The notes beneath the pieces are model-generated. The model had not been told where the DNA came from and made no database searches. It was given only the letters and a program-made list of their open reading frames with translations. Both the position numbers and the translations under genes were made by a program. From a virus, in IMG/VR virus record IMGVR_UViG_3300025112_006940, positions 12,547 through 76,546 of that record: 64,000 bases of DNA. One strand, written 5' to 3'. Shown here in pieces: positions 49,721-59,450 of the stretch. How positions within the stretch are numbered: the first letter of the stretch is position 1; every line of letters starts with the position of its first letter.

Positions 49721-51352
49721 ATGAAACTTACGTCCAAGCAAGTTAAAGAAATCATAAAATGCAGAAAAAACCCAATATATTTTTTAAGAACTTATGGAAA
49801 AGTAAGACATCCAACTAAAGGCTTATTAAAATTTGATTTATGGGATTTTCAAGATGATTGCATAAAAGAATTTCTTAAAAATTCATACAACATCATATTA
49901 AAGGCAAGGCAATTAGGCTTATCTACCTTATGCGCTGGGTATGTTGCTTGGATGATAACATTCTTCAAAGATAAGGAAGTTTATATTCTTGCTACAAAAG
50001 CTAAGACAGCTACAAACTTAGTGGCAAAAGTAAAAGTGTTCCTTGCTAATTTGCCTGTTTGGATGCAACCAGAACAAAGTGTTGATAATAGACAAAGCGT
50101 TGAATTAAAAAACGGCTCAAAAGTACAAGCATCTGGAACCACGAAAGATGCTGCACGTTCTGAGGCGTTGAGCCTTTTGATAGTTGATGAAGCTGCAATT
50201 ATTCGTGGTATGGATGATATATGGATTGCTGCTCAACCAACACTTTCTACAGGCGGAGATTGTATAGCGCTATCCACTCCAGAAGGTATGGGTAATTGGT
50301 TTCATAAACAATATTCAGATGCGATTGCTGGTCAAAAAATAGAAGTTGGCGGAAAAATGATAGGATTCAATCCAATCAAATTACACTGGTCATTACATCC
50401 AGATCGTGATGATGCATGGGCTGCCAATGAAAGAAGAAAATTAGGTACAAGAGCTTTTGCCCAAGAACATGATTGTGACTTTTTACAATCAGGTAATAAT
50501 GTTATTGATCCAATGGATATGAAATGGTATGAAGAAAACCCATCACAAAATCCATATATATGCGAACCAATAATGAAAGAAGCTTTTGATAAAAATTTTT
50601 GGATATGGAGATATCCACAAAATGGTAGAGAATATATTATATCTGCTGATGTTGCTAGAGGCGATGGCAACGATTATTCTGCCGCTCAAGTCATTGATAC
50701 TGAAAATTATGAACAAGTTGCTGAATACAAGGGCAAGTTACCGACTGACTTATTTGGTAAAATGTTGGTTCAAATGGCTATGCAATATAACAACGCTCTT
50801 TTGGTCGTGGAAAACAACAACAACGGATGGGCATCGATACAAAAAATAATTGATTTAGAGTATAGCAATATATATTGGTCAGATAAAACAAGAAAATTTG
50901 TTGACTCAGAAAGATCACAAGATTTTCCAGATCCTTGGGATAGGTCAAAGAAAAATATGATACCTGGATTTACAACATCTTCAACAACTCGTCCTTTGAT
51001 GATACAAAGAATTGAAGAAGATATAAGAAACCATGATATCATAATTCATTCTTCTAGATTAACTTCAGAGTTTGAAACATTTGTTTTTCAAAATGGAAAA
51101 CCAGAAGCTATGGATAGCTATAATGACGATTTAATAATGGCGTTAGCTATTGGCGTATTTATTAGAGGTACATCAATAAGAATGAATTCTGTTGGCGGTG
51201 AAATTCAAAAAGTGCTTTTAGAAAGTATCGGACATACTAATAGCCCATACGATAGTGGTGTTATTAAGCCTGAAAATGCAAGAACTCAACTGCCAGATTA
51301 TTTTAAAATGAACTTAAATTCAGGACAAGAAGATTTAAGGTGGCTTCTTTAA
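49721..51352 (+). CDS. terL: Terminase large subunit (T4 gp17-like)
   Basis: KARQLGLST, LIVDEAA, LSTPEG.GNWF, ADVARG.G.DYS, VENN, DDLIMALA. Confidence 0.95.
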   Translation: MKLTSKQVKEIIKCRKNPIYFLRTYGKVRHPTKGLLKFDLWDFQDDCIKEFLKNSYNIILKARQLGLSTLCAGYVAWMITFFKDKEVYILATKAKTATNLVAKVKVFLANLPVWMQPEQSVDNRQSVELKNGSKVQASGTTKDAARSEALSLLIVDEAAIIRGMDDIWIAAQPTLSTGGDCIALSTPEGMGNWFHKQYSDAIAGQKIEVGGKMIGFNPIKLHWSLHPDRDDAWAANERRKLGTRAFAQEHDCDFLQSGNNVIDPMDMKWYEENPSQNPYICEPIMKEAFDKNFWIWRYPQNGREYIISADVARGDGNDYSAAQVIDTENYEQVAEYKGKLPTDLFGKMLVQMAMQYNNALLVVENNNNGWASIQKIIDLEYSNIYWSDKTRKFVDSERSQDFPDPWDRSKKNMIPGFTTSSTTRPLMIQRIEEDIRNHDIIIHSSRLTSEFETFVFQNGKPEAMDSYNDDLIMALAIGVFIRGTSIRMNSVGGEIQKVLLESIGHTNSPYDSGVIKPENARTQLPDYFKMNLNSGQEDLRWLL

Positions 51353-51492
51353 AAAGGAAAGATAAATGAAATTTATAGAGAAATTTATAGAAGAAAGTTT
51401 AGAAAAACCTTATGCAGACAAAAAATACAGATCAAATGGTAATTTAGAAAAAATGAAAAGCTTATTACAAAAGAAAGGCGAAAAAATATCTA

Positions 51493-51795
51493 ATGAACCA
51501 GAATCAAAAAAATAATGATGAATGGTCTCAATATCAAAATCTTGTCCTAAATAGTTTAGAAAAAATAGATGATTGGCAAGAAACTGTAAATGATAACTTA
51601 ACAAAAATAAAAATAGAAATTGCAACGTTAAAAGTAAAAGCTGCAATGTGGGGAAGTATAGCAGCAATAGTATTAACTGCATTATTAAATTTTGGATTAG
51701 CTACAATGAAACCAAGCATTGATCAAGAACAATTACTAAGAATAGAAAAAATATTGAAAAATCATAACAATGGAAATGATATAAATGGCGGATAA
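51493..51795 (+). CDS. Small membrane protein (coiled coil + TM)
   Basis: IATLKVKAAMWGSIAAIVL. Confidence 0.6.
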   Translation: MNQNQKNNDEWSQYQNLVLNSLEKIDDWQETVNDNLTKIKIEIATLKVKAAMWGSIAAIVLTALLNFGLATMKPSIDQEQLLRIEKILKNHNNGNDINGG

Positions 51796-53518
51796 ATTTA
51801 ACTCGCTAAAAAAAATTATTATTGGTAGAAGAGCTTCATATAAAGTTCCTACTGAACGTCCTGGGCAACGTGCGCAAAAAAGAGCATTTGATACATTTGT
51901 AAGGGCGGCAACATCACTTTATAATCAGGCGATGATTGGTTCGGCTGAAAGAGCTGAACGTGTAAAGGATTATGAAGAAATGGATCAAACGCCTGAAATA
52001 GCAAAAACACTTGATATTTATGCAGACGACTCTGTAACTTATAGCGAAAGTGGAGTAGTTTTAGAAATTGAAACAGAAGATGATAGAATAAGAAGAGAAT
52101 TAGAAGAACTTTATTATACAAGGCTTGATATTGAATTTCATTTATGGAACTGGATTAGAAATATGTGTAAATTTGGTGATCATTTTAATCTTCTAGATGT
52201 TGTTGAAAAAGATGGTGTACTTGGAACAATTTCATTGCCAGTTATGGAAATTGAAAGAGAGGAAGGATATAACGGAGACCCTAATTCATTAAGGTTTAAA
52301 TGGCTTGCTCAAGGAAATACAGTATTCGAAAATTATCAAATATCACATATGAGAATATTAGGTGATGATAGATTTTTACCATACGGTAGATCAGCTTTAG
52401 ATTCAGGCAGAAAAATATGGAAGCAACTTCAATTAGCTGAAGATGCTATGTTAATTTATAGAATGACTAGAGCCCCTGAAAGAAGAGTATTTAAAATTGA
52501 TGTTGCAAATATTCCGCCAAATCAAGTTGAAAATTATATTTTACAGGTTAGAGATAAACTTAAAAGGACGCCACTTATAACTGAAGGTACAGGACAAATT
52601 GACTTAAGATACAATCCAATGTCAATTGATGAAGATTTCTTTCTTCCAGTTCGTGGTGATAGAGGTTCTGAAATCGAAACCCTTCCAGGTGGAACAAATC
52701 AAGGTGATATAGAAGATATTGAATACATACAAAATAAATTATTTATCGCAATGGGCGTACCAAAATCTTATCTTACTGCTGAAGAAGATTTATCTGGAAA
52801 AGGAACTTTAGCCCAAGAAGATATAAAGTTTGCAAGAACTATTCAAAGAATTCAAAAAATTGTTGTATCAGAACTTGCTAAAATTGGTTTGATTCATTTG
52901 CATCTTAGAGGATTCGATGAAGAAGACATTTATAATTTCAATCTTAAGTTAACAAATCCATCTATTGTAATGGAAATGATGCAATTAGATTTGATGGATA
53001 AAAGATTTAGTGTTGCTGAAAGCATGGCTCAATCACATCTTGTTTCTGATTTGCATGTTCAAAAGGAAATTTTAAGATTAACCGACAATGAAATAACTGA
53101 AATTGATGGAAGATTGCTAGATGAAGCAAGAAAGAAATTTATTTTAGATCAATTAGAAAATTCAGGTGAACAAACGCCAGCATCTGAAGGCGGTCAACCT
53201 GAAGTTGAAGGAGGTGAGGAAGATGACGACGTAGATTCATTTGGCCCTAATCCATCCCATGTACCAGATGCAGCAGGTACCAAAGACATTCCAGGTGCTA
53301 GAGGCGCGCCTGAAGAGGCTGCAATTGATGATGATGATTTAGATAAAAGCTTAATTAAAAATAAGAAAAAGAAGGCTGATCCATTTTCAAGAAATATATC
53401 TGATATCATGAAATTCGATAGTGAAGTTGAACAAATATTTGAAAGCTTGAAAAACAATGTTCCAACTAAAAGAATTAGAATAACTAAAAATAAAATTTCT
53501 GAAACATATCAACAGTAG
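51785..53518 (+). CDS. Portal protein (T4 gp20-like)
   Basis: PYGRS.L, EDAMLIYR..RAPERRVFKIDV, EDFFLP, IETLPGG, QEDIKFA. Confidence 0.95.
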   Translation: MADKFNSLKKIIIGRRASYKVPTERPGQRAQKRAFDTFVRAATSLYNQAMIGSAERAERVKDYEEMDQTPEIAKTLDIYADDSVTYSESGVVLEIETEDDRIRRELEELYYTRLDIEFHLWNWIRNMCKFGDHFNLLDVVEKDGVLGTISLPVMEIEREEGYNGDPNSLRFKWLAQGNTVFENYQISHMRILGDDRFLPYGRSALDSGRKIWKQLQLAEDAMLIYRMTRAPERRVFKIDVANIPPNQVENYILQVRDKLKRTPLITEGTGQIDLRYNPMSIDEDFFLPVRGDRGSEIETLPGGTNQGDIEDIEYIQNKLFIAMGVPKSYLTAEEDLSGKGTLAQEDIKFARTIQRIQKIVVSELAKIGLIHLHLRGFDEEDIYNFNLKLTNPSIVMEMMQLDLMDKRFSVAESMAQSHLVSDLHVQKEILRLTDNEITEIDGRLLDEARKKFILDQLENSGEQTPASEGGQPEVEGGEEDDDVDSFGPNPSHVPDAAGTKDIPGARGAPEEAAIDDDDLDKSLIKNKKKKADPFSRNISDIMKFDSEVEQIFESLKNNVPTKRIRITKNKISETYQQ

Positions 53519-53522
53519 AAAT

Positions 53523-53530
53523 ATATTTAT
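53523..53530 (+). promoter_or_regulatory. Putative late promoter ATATTTAT
   Basis: Intergenic after portal gene. Confidence 0.6.
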
Positions 53531-53572
53531 TTAAAGAATAACGTAGGCAATAAAACTAAAAGAGACTAACAC

Positions 53573-54427
53573 ATGAAACACAACAAAACAAGGAATGTTG
53601 GTATCATATTAGAACTGTTAAATAATAAGGTTTCTAAGCACATTACTAATGATAACGTTCAAGAGGCAGGAAATATATTTTCTGTTATAAGACAATATTT
53701 CCTTGAGGATACTTATATTAAGGAAGTTTATAACAAAGTGTATTCTCCAATATTGTATGGAGAAACAAACAATTATTTTTATGCCGACAGATTCTTAAAA
53801 TACATTTTAGAAGAAGCAGCTGAAATAGATGAAAATAAATTAGGCAGAGAAATAGATAAACTATTACATGAAATAAGTTCTATAGAAAATAAAAAACAAT
53901 TATTCGCAAGCAAAGCTCAAAATTATAAATTGTATGCAAGTCTTAAATGCTTATATGATGGGCAAAAATTAACAGCTGAAGAAAAATTAAATTGTGAGCA
54001 TACTGTTCTTGAGCATTTAATTGATAATAAGGAAGTTGAAAGAATAAATGAAAGTGCTGATAATTTTAAAACAATGAAGTCTAAAGAGCAAATTGAAGAA
54101 GAAGGAATGGCTATGTTGTTTGCATTTAATAAATTCAAGGAAAGATACAATGGTGTTCTTACAAAAGAACAAAATGATTGTTTAATTAAATATCTTACAA
54201 CTCCATCTGAAAAATCATTTAAAAGATGGGTTGAAAAAAGAGCATTAGCGGTAGTAAATGAAATTGAAAAAACAAAAATTACAATTGAAGATGAACAAAT
54301 TTTAGAAAAACTAGAACTTGCTAGCGATAAATTTTTGCACATTGTTGAAGCAGAATCATTGACCTCTGAAGGCATGATTAATTTATTATTAGCATTCGAA
54401 TTAAAAGATTGTTTAAACTTATTTTAA
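53573..54427 (+). CDS. Conserved head-module hypothetical protein
   Basis: KHNKTRNVGIILELL, NYKLYAS; follows portal. Confidence 0.7.
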   Translation: MKHNKTRNVGIILELLNNKVSKHITNDNVQEAGNIFSVIRQYFLEDTYIKEVYNKVYSPILYGETNNYFYADRFLKYILEEAAEIDENKLGREIDKLLHEISSIENKKQLFASKAQNYKLYASLKCLYDGQKLTAEEKLNCEHTVLEHLIDNKEVERINESADNFKTMKSKEQIEEEGMAMLFAFNKFKERYNGVLTKEQNDCLIKYLTTPSEKSFKRWVEKRALAVVNEIEKTKITIEDEQILEKLELASDKFLHIVEAESLTSEGMINLLLAFELKDCLNLF

Positions 54428-54439
54428 CGGAGAATCATA

Positions 54440-54805
54440 ATGGCAATCATAGATAGTCAAAATATCTTTGAAAACAGCAAATTAGATGGTGATAGAAAAA
54501 AAGCTCATGGAAAAGCATTTCCTTCAAATCCAGATCACGACCCAAACCCAACAACAAGTTTTATTAATAATTTTAGTTCTGGCAAGCAATATGGTGTAAC
54601 GGAAGATGAAGCAAAATCGCTTAAGGCTAATGATAATGCTACCAAAGAGATGAAAAAATTAAAGAGTACTGATTTATATTCATTAAAAGATTTTATAGAT
54701 GAAAAACAATATCCTGAAAATTTAAGAGAAGTGAATGAATCATTTTTTGAAAAGGTTGCAGCAATGGAAAAAAATTGGGTGGATGTCGCCCCCCCATCTT
54801 CATAA
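54440..54805 (+). CDS. Hypothetical protein
   Basis: GGAG SD. Confidence 0.6.
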   Translation: MAIIDSQNIFENSKLDGDRKKAHGKAFPSNPDHDPNPTTSFINNFSSGKQYGVTEDEAKSLKANDNATKEMKKLKSTDLYSLKDFIDEKQYPENLREVNESFFEKVAAMEKNWVDVAPPSS

Positions 54806-54809
54806 TCGC

Positions 54810-55484
54810 ATGAAAAAAGAAACTTCTGCAGTAGGTGCTGTAGCAATGTATTCAGGAGGTGCCTTAGGTGTCTCTGATGACCTTGATCCCAAGCAAACAA
54901 AAAAAAGGAACAATGTGAGAAAAAAGATGAATAAAAAAGGCACTCAAAAAGATCAACCAAAAGAATTCATTCAACTTGAAAATGCTAAAAAGGTAAAGAA
55001 ACATGTTGTTGAACAAGCTGTTAAGGAACAATTGTTTAGCTATATAGTTGAACAAGGAAATCCTAATCAAGTTATGGAATTGTATGATAATATTACAAAA
55101 ATGTTAGCATTATCATTACAATATACAAGAATGTTTATGGTTGATGGTATGAAATTAGGAACTGAAAAAGCTGTTAATTTTAATTATAGAAGAGCTAAAG
55201 CAGAACTTTCACATGTTTCTAAAATGATAAAAGACATTGATCAAATTCTTGTTAAGGTTTGCCACCAATACAAGCAAGAACAAGCACAATCAGATACTCC
55301 AGAAGAAACATTACAAGCTACTCCAGAATCTCCAACAGCTGAAGATCCAAAAAAAGAACAATATGCTGAAGTTAAGGTTATTAAAGAAATAACTACAGGC
55401 TCTAGAGTGGGTATTAGATATGGAAAAAATAAAGGGACAAAAGGAAAAGTTGTTGATATTGAAGCTAGAAAAGATGATCATTGA
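54810..55484 (+). CDS. Hypothetical head-module protein
   Basis: Likely start MKKETSA. Confidence 0.55.
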   Translation: MKKETSAVGAVAMYSGGALGVSDDLDPKQTKKRNNVRKKMNKKGTQKDQPKEFIQLENAKKVKKHVVEQAVKEQLFSYIVEQGNPNQVMELYDNITKMLALSLQYTRMFMVDGMKLGTEKAVNFNYRRAKAELSHVSKMIKDIDQILVKVCHQYKQEQAQSDTPEETLQATPESPTAEDPKKEQYAEVKVIKEITTGSRVGIRYGKNKGTKGKVVDIEARKDDH

Positions 55485-55661
55485 AACATATTTTGAAGCA
55501 ATCGCACGAGCAGCTAGCAGTAAAGTTACATTTAAAAAATGGAATAGCGAAAGAATATCAGGTGCATTAAGCCAAGATATGAAAGGATGGGGAGTAAAGG
55601 GTTTCCATCATCCAGGATCTGAATCATATAAGAAACCATTTATTCCATTGGAGAAATTATA

Positions 55662-56264
55662 ATGGAAAAACAATTATTAAGAGAATTCATGATCTTTGAA
55701 CATGAAGCTGTAGAACCTGTTACTGATCCAAGAAGTGATGGTATTCTTAGAATGAAAGGCATCATACAAAAAGCTGGTGCCCCAAATGCTAATAATAGGA
55801 TTTATCCAAAACCTATTCTTGAACGTGAAGATCAAAAGATGCAAGAAGCAATTACTGAACGTAGGGCTTTAGGTGAATGTGATCATCCTGATTCTCCAAT
55901 TGTCCAGTTAGAAAATACATCACATCTTCTTACTAAGTCATGGTGGGAAGGTGATAGTTTAATGGGTGAAATAGAAATTCTTGATACGCCAAAAGGACAA
56001 ATTCTTGAATCGCTAATTAAAAGAAATGTTAAGCTTGGTATTTCATCAAGAGGTTTAGGGTCAACATCTAGAACAAATGAAGGTTATGATATGGTTGAAG
56101 ATGATTTTTCAATGATATGTTATGATCTTGTTTCTAATCCATCAACTGGCGGAGCGTATATGCATTTAAAAGAATCAGTAGAATTTCAAACATTAATTTC
56201 ATCTAACAAAGAAATTTTAATTAATAATATTCTTGATGAAATTTTAGAATTAGATAGTTTATAA
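55662..56264 (+). CDS. Prohead protease (T4 gp21-like)
   Basis: NANNRIYP, ALGECDHP, SH, TPKG, GISSRGLGS, DLVSNPS. Confidence 0.95.
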   Translation: MEKQLLREFMIFEHEAVEPVTDPRSDGILRMKGIIQKAGAPNANNRIYPKPILEREDQKMQEAITERRALGECDHPDSPIVQLENTSHLLTKSWWEGDSLMGEIEILDTPKGQILESLIKRNVKLGISSRGLGSTSRTNEGYDMVEDDFSMICYDLVSNPSTGGAYMHLKESVEFQTLISSNKEILINNILDEILELDSL

Positions 56265-56629
56265 TGAAACTAAGAGACGTGCTCTTAGAAATTGATCCAC
56301 AAACTGGATATACAGCAAATTCAGGAAGAATTGGAACTTGGACTAGCGGTAATAAATTTGGTTCATATAGAACTAATGGGAGTAATGCTTCCCAAATATA
56401 TCCAGATGATGAGCCAGAAAAATTGGATCCACATATAGAAGATCAATTGATACAGCAAGGAATTGATCTTCTGCTTGCACGTCATCCCGAATTAGTAAAA
56501 AATAAAACAATAAGAAGACATCATATTCAAATGCTTATAGGTAACATTACATCAGGTGAAGTAAACGATCTTATAACACTTAAACGAATGATCAAAGGCT
56601 TAAAAAAACGAAACATAAAGGTAGAATAA
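56264..56629 (+). CDS. Protein with MKLRDVLLE leader
   Basis: Leader family. Confidence 0.6.
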   Translation: MKLRDVLLEIDPQTGYTANSGRIGTWTSGNKFGSYRTNGSNASQIYPDDEPEKLDPHIEDQLIQQGIDLLLARHPELVKNKTIRRHHIQMLIGNITSGEVNDLITLKRMIKGLKKRNIKVE

Positions 56630-56799
56630 GGTGACATTACAATCTAGAATATTAAGTGATCTTAACGAAGCATACAGAAAGATAAAAAGATTAGATGTAG
56701 TTGATTTAGGCGGTAAAAGAGTTATTGAAACACATATGAAATCGTTAATTCATAATACTAAAATGATGATAGCACAACATAATAGAGAGGTTCAATCGT

Positions 56800-57333
56800 A
56801 TGAACAAGCAGATAAAAAAACAAGATCTAACAAAAGAAATAGCTAAAGAGGTTGCTAAGCTTGTATTGCCAAGATTGAAACAATTTATAGTTGAACAAAA
56901 TAAAAAAGTTCTTGGCAGAACAAAAAGGATTATTAAAGAAGAATTAGAAAAACAAAAACCTATCGCTGAAGATATTTTTGATGAAGATGATTTATTTAAT
57001 GAAGATGAAAATTCCGATCTTAGGACTCATATACAGCCTAAACAAATCATAAAACAAAAACCAGTTAGTCAACAAAATGGAAAACTTAGAGCTAAAGAAA
57101 TATTAGATGCGCAATATTCTAATGGCAATGGATTTGATCCAACTTCAATAGATGGTTTAATAGAGTCTGCAGTAGTTCCTTCAAAACAAGATATGATCGA
57201 AGGTGGTGATAGGACATTTAAAGCTACTGAATTAGTTGAAGCAAAAGATGTTAATACTGCAGTAGATCCTGGAAATATGGATTTTTCTGATATAGTAGAT
57301 GAAATGGATAGCATGTCACCAGGAGCTGTATAA
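56800..57333 (+). CDS. Hypothetical acidic head-module protein
   Basis: ORF in operon. Confidence 0.6.
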   Translation: MNKQIKKQDLTKEIAKEVAKLVLPRLKQFIVEQNKKVLGRTKRIIKEELEKQKPIAEDIFDEDDLFNEDENSDLRTHIQPKQIIKQKPVSQQNGKLRAKEILDAQYSNGNGFDPTSIDGLIESAVVPSKQDMIEGGDRTFKATELVEAKDVNTAVDPGNMDFSDIVDEMDSMSPGAV

Positions 57334-57959
57334 TGAAAAAAACTAGAAAAAAAAGAAGAAATTATTTTGAACCAGGATTAATTCCACAAGGTTATGAACA
57401 AGAATCTAATGATGATGATATTGTTGAATTTATAGAAGAAGGAATAGCAACAAGAAGGGATTATGATGTACAAAGATCTGCTGCAAAAAAGGTTTATGTA
57501 ACTGATTTAGCACCATATGATATAAAAGAAAAGGCGATAGATAGAAATGCTTGGTTGACAAGTGAACAGCCATTAAGAATTAATTTTGAAGGTTCAGATG
57601 AAGAATATGAAGTCGAAGCAGATTGGATTGTTTTAGAATCTATTGGTAAAATTACTGATTCAGTGATAAATAAATATCTTGGTAAATCTATAGTAGAATA
57701 TGGTGGTGGCGGTTCATATGCAGTTAAGGCTTATGATGAAAACCATTATAATGATCCAAAAGATGCGTATAGAGAATTCAGCAAACTAAACAAAAATGTT
57801 GGAAAACATAAACAAACAAATCTTCAGACTGTAAAACAATTTCTAAAAAATGTTTATAGAGGTGGAGATCATACAATTAATATGAAAGAGTTTTTAGCAA
57901 CATTAAAACAAAAAGGTATAATAATCAATAACAGAAGAGAAGCTGTTCTTACAAAATAG
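57333..57959 (+). CDS. Hypothetical protein
   Basis: Coupled ORF. Confidence 0.6.
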   Translation: MKKTRKKRRNYFEPGLIPQGYEQESNDDDIVEFIEEGIATRRDYDVQRSAAKKVYVTDLAPYDIKEKAIDRNAWLTSEQPLRINFEGSDEEYEVEADWIVLESIGKITDSVINKYLGKSIVEYGGGGSYAVKAYDENHYNDPKDAYREFSKLNKNVGKHKQTNLQTVKQFLKNVYRGGDHTINMKEFLATLKQKGIIINNRREAVLTK

Positions 57960-57972
57960 AAATGAGGATTAA

Positions 57973-58167
57973 ATGAGTTTAGAGGTACATTCTAGACCTA
58001 ACGAAAGCATTGAAAATTTATTGAGGAGATTTAAAAGAAATCTTAAAAGAGAAAATCGATTTGTTGAAATAAGAAAACATGATTTTTTTGTTAAACCTTC
58101 GGAAAAAAGAAGATTGAAAAAAAGAAGAAAAAAATTAACTGATGGAACTGATATAGAGGATAGATAG
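57973..58167 (+). CDS. rpsU: Ribosomal protein bS21
   Basis: V..RPNESIENLLRRFKR......EIRKHDFFVKPSEKRR. Confidence 0.9.
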   Translation: MSLEVHSRPNESIENLLRRFKRNLKRENRFVEIRKHDFFVKPSEKRRLKKRRKKLTDGTDIEDR

Positions 58168-58403
58168 TGAAAGTAAGCAAATCTGAAATTAAATCAATCA
58201 TTCGTGAAGTTCTAAATGAGATGGATGACTTCTATGATGACATAAGAAAGCAACAAAGGAAATGGAAAAAAGATGAAGATCCTAATTCATTACTTCCAGA
58301 TGAAGAAGCTAAAGATAAAGAAACATATGACGCTTTATCAACTGAACTGGAAAATGATGAGGAACGTAGGCTTAGGGAAAACATTATAAAGGCTAATAGA
58401 TGA
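58167..58403 (+). CDS. Small protein with MKVSKSEIKSIIREVLNE leader
   Basis: Leader family. Confidence 0.65.
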   Translation: MKVSKSEIKSIIREVLNEMDDFYDDIRKQQRKWKKDEDPNSLLPDEEAKDKETYDALSTELENDEERRLRENIIKANR

Positions 58404-58422
58404 ATCTAAGCAAATCAAAACA

Positions 58423-58430
58423 ATATTTAT
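58423..58430 (+). promoter_or_regulatory. Putative late promoter ATATTTAT
   Basis: Upstream of scaffold and MCP genes. Confidence 0.6.
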
Positions 58431-58478
58431 TTTAGATAATAAGTTTATAAAGTCTGAAATTTTATGGAGAAATAAACA

Positions 58479-59429
58479 ATGGCTAAGCAACAAAAGAAAG
58501 ACATTGTAACTGAAGCCGTAGAAGAAGTAAAAAGAATGAAAGCTTCAGCAATGGAAGCGGCTAAGCAAACTTTAGCTGAATCTTTATCTCCGTCAATTCA
58601 TAAAGCTGTTTCACAACAAATGGATGAAGCGCTTGGAACAGGTGGTGATCAACCTTCTGGCTATGATGAAGATGGTGAACAAAAGAAAGTTAATGATAAT
58701 CTACCAGCTGTTGGTGATGGTGGTGATCCTTTAGAAGATGAAGGTGATGGACCAGCTATTATTGAAACCGGCCTTGAAGAAGATGATGTTCTTGAAATGG
58801 GCGATGAAGATATGGATTATGATGAAGATGATAGTATGGATGAAGATGATAGTATGGATGAAGATGATGATGAAATGGACTTCGATGATGGTGATGATGA
58901 TGACGTTATTGAAATCGTAGAAGATGATGATGAAATGGACCTCGATGATGGTTGCGATGACTTAGATCTTGATGGTGGTAGTGAAGAAGAAGATCTTGAT
59001 GGTGGTGGTGAAGAAGAAGATCTTGAAGATATGGCATCTGAAGCATCATTAAAGAAAGAAAATAAATCATTGAAAAGAAGAGTTGTTGCACTTAAGAAAG
59101 AAGCTGCAAGATACGCATCAGCACTTACTACAATGAAGAAAACAGTAAATGAAGTAAATCTTTTCAATGCTAGACTTCGTGGCGCTACTAGGCTCATGAA
59201 TGAAGTAACAATGACAAGAAAAGAAAAGAATTCAGTTATGGACAGATTTGATGACTGTGAATCAGTAAGAGAAGTTAAGAGAACATTTAAGGCTCTTAAG
59301 GAAGCTTATCGTGCATCTTCAAGAGTTCGTAATCAAAGAACAAACAGAAATGTTCAATCGGTAAAGAATACATTAACTGAATCAAATGAACAATTTACAA
59401 GACTTCAAGAACTTGCAAACGTATTATAA
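58479..59429 (+). CDS. Prohead scaffold/core protein
   Basis: Highly acidic centre with short tandem repeats, C-terminal coiled coil NEVNLFNA; immediately before MCP. Confidence 0.8.
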   Translation: MAKQQKKDIVTEAVEEVKRMKASAMEAAKQTLAESLSPSIHKAVSQQMDEALGTGGDQPSGYDEDGEQKKVNDNLPAVGDGGDPLEDEGDGPAIIETGLEEDDVLEMGDEDMDYDEDDSMDEDDSMDEDDDEMDFDDGDDDDVIEIVEDDDEMDLDDGCDDLDLDGGSEEEDLDGGGEEEDLEDMASEASLKKENKSLKRRVVALKKEAARYASALTTMKKTVNEVNLFNARLRGATRLMNEVTMTRKEKNSVMDRFDDCESVREVKRTFKALKEAYRASSRVRNQRTNRNVQSVKNTLTESNEQFTRLQELANVL

Positions 59430-59450
59430 TAACAATGGGAGACAATAAGA

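Noticed and set aside
58817-59197. Ser-rich minus-strand ORF and GAT/GAA repeats as a separate element or CRISPR array
   Set aside because: Antisense of the Asp/Glu-rich scaffold; the repeats are coding, with no repeat-spacer structure
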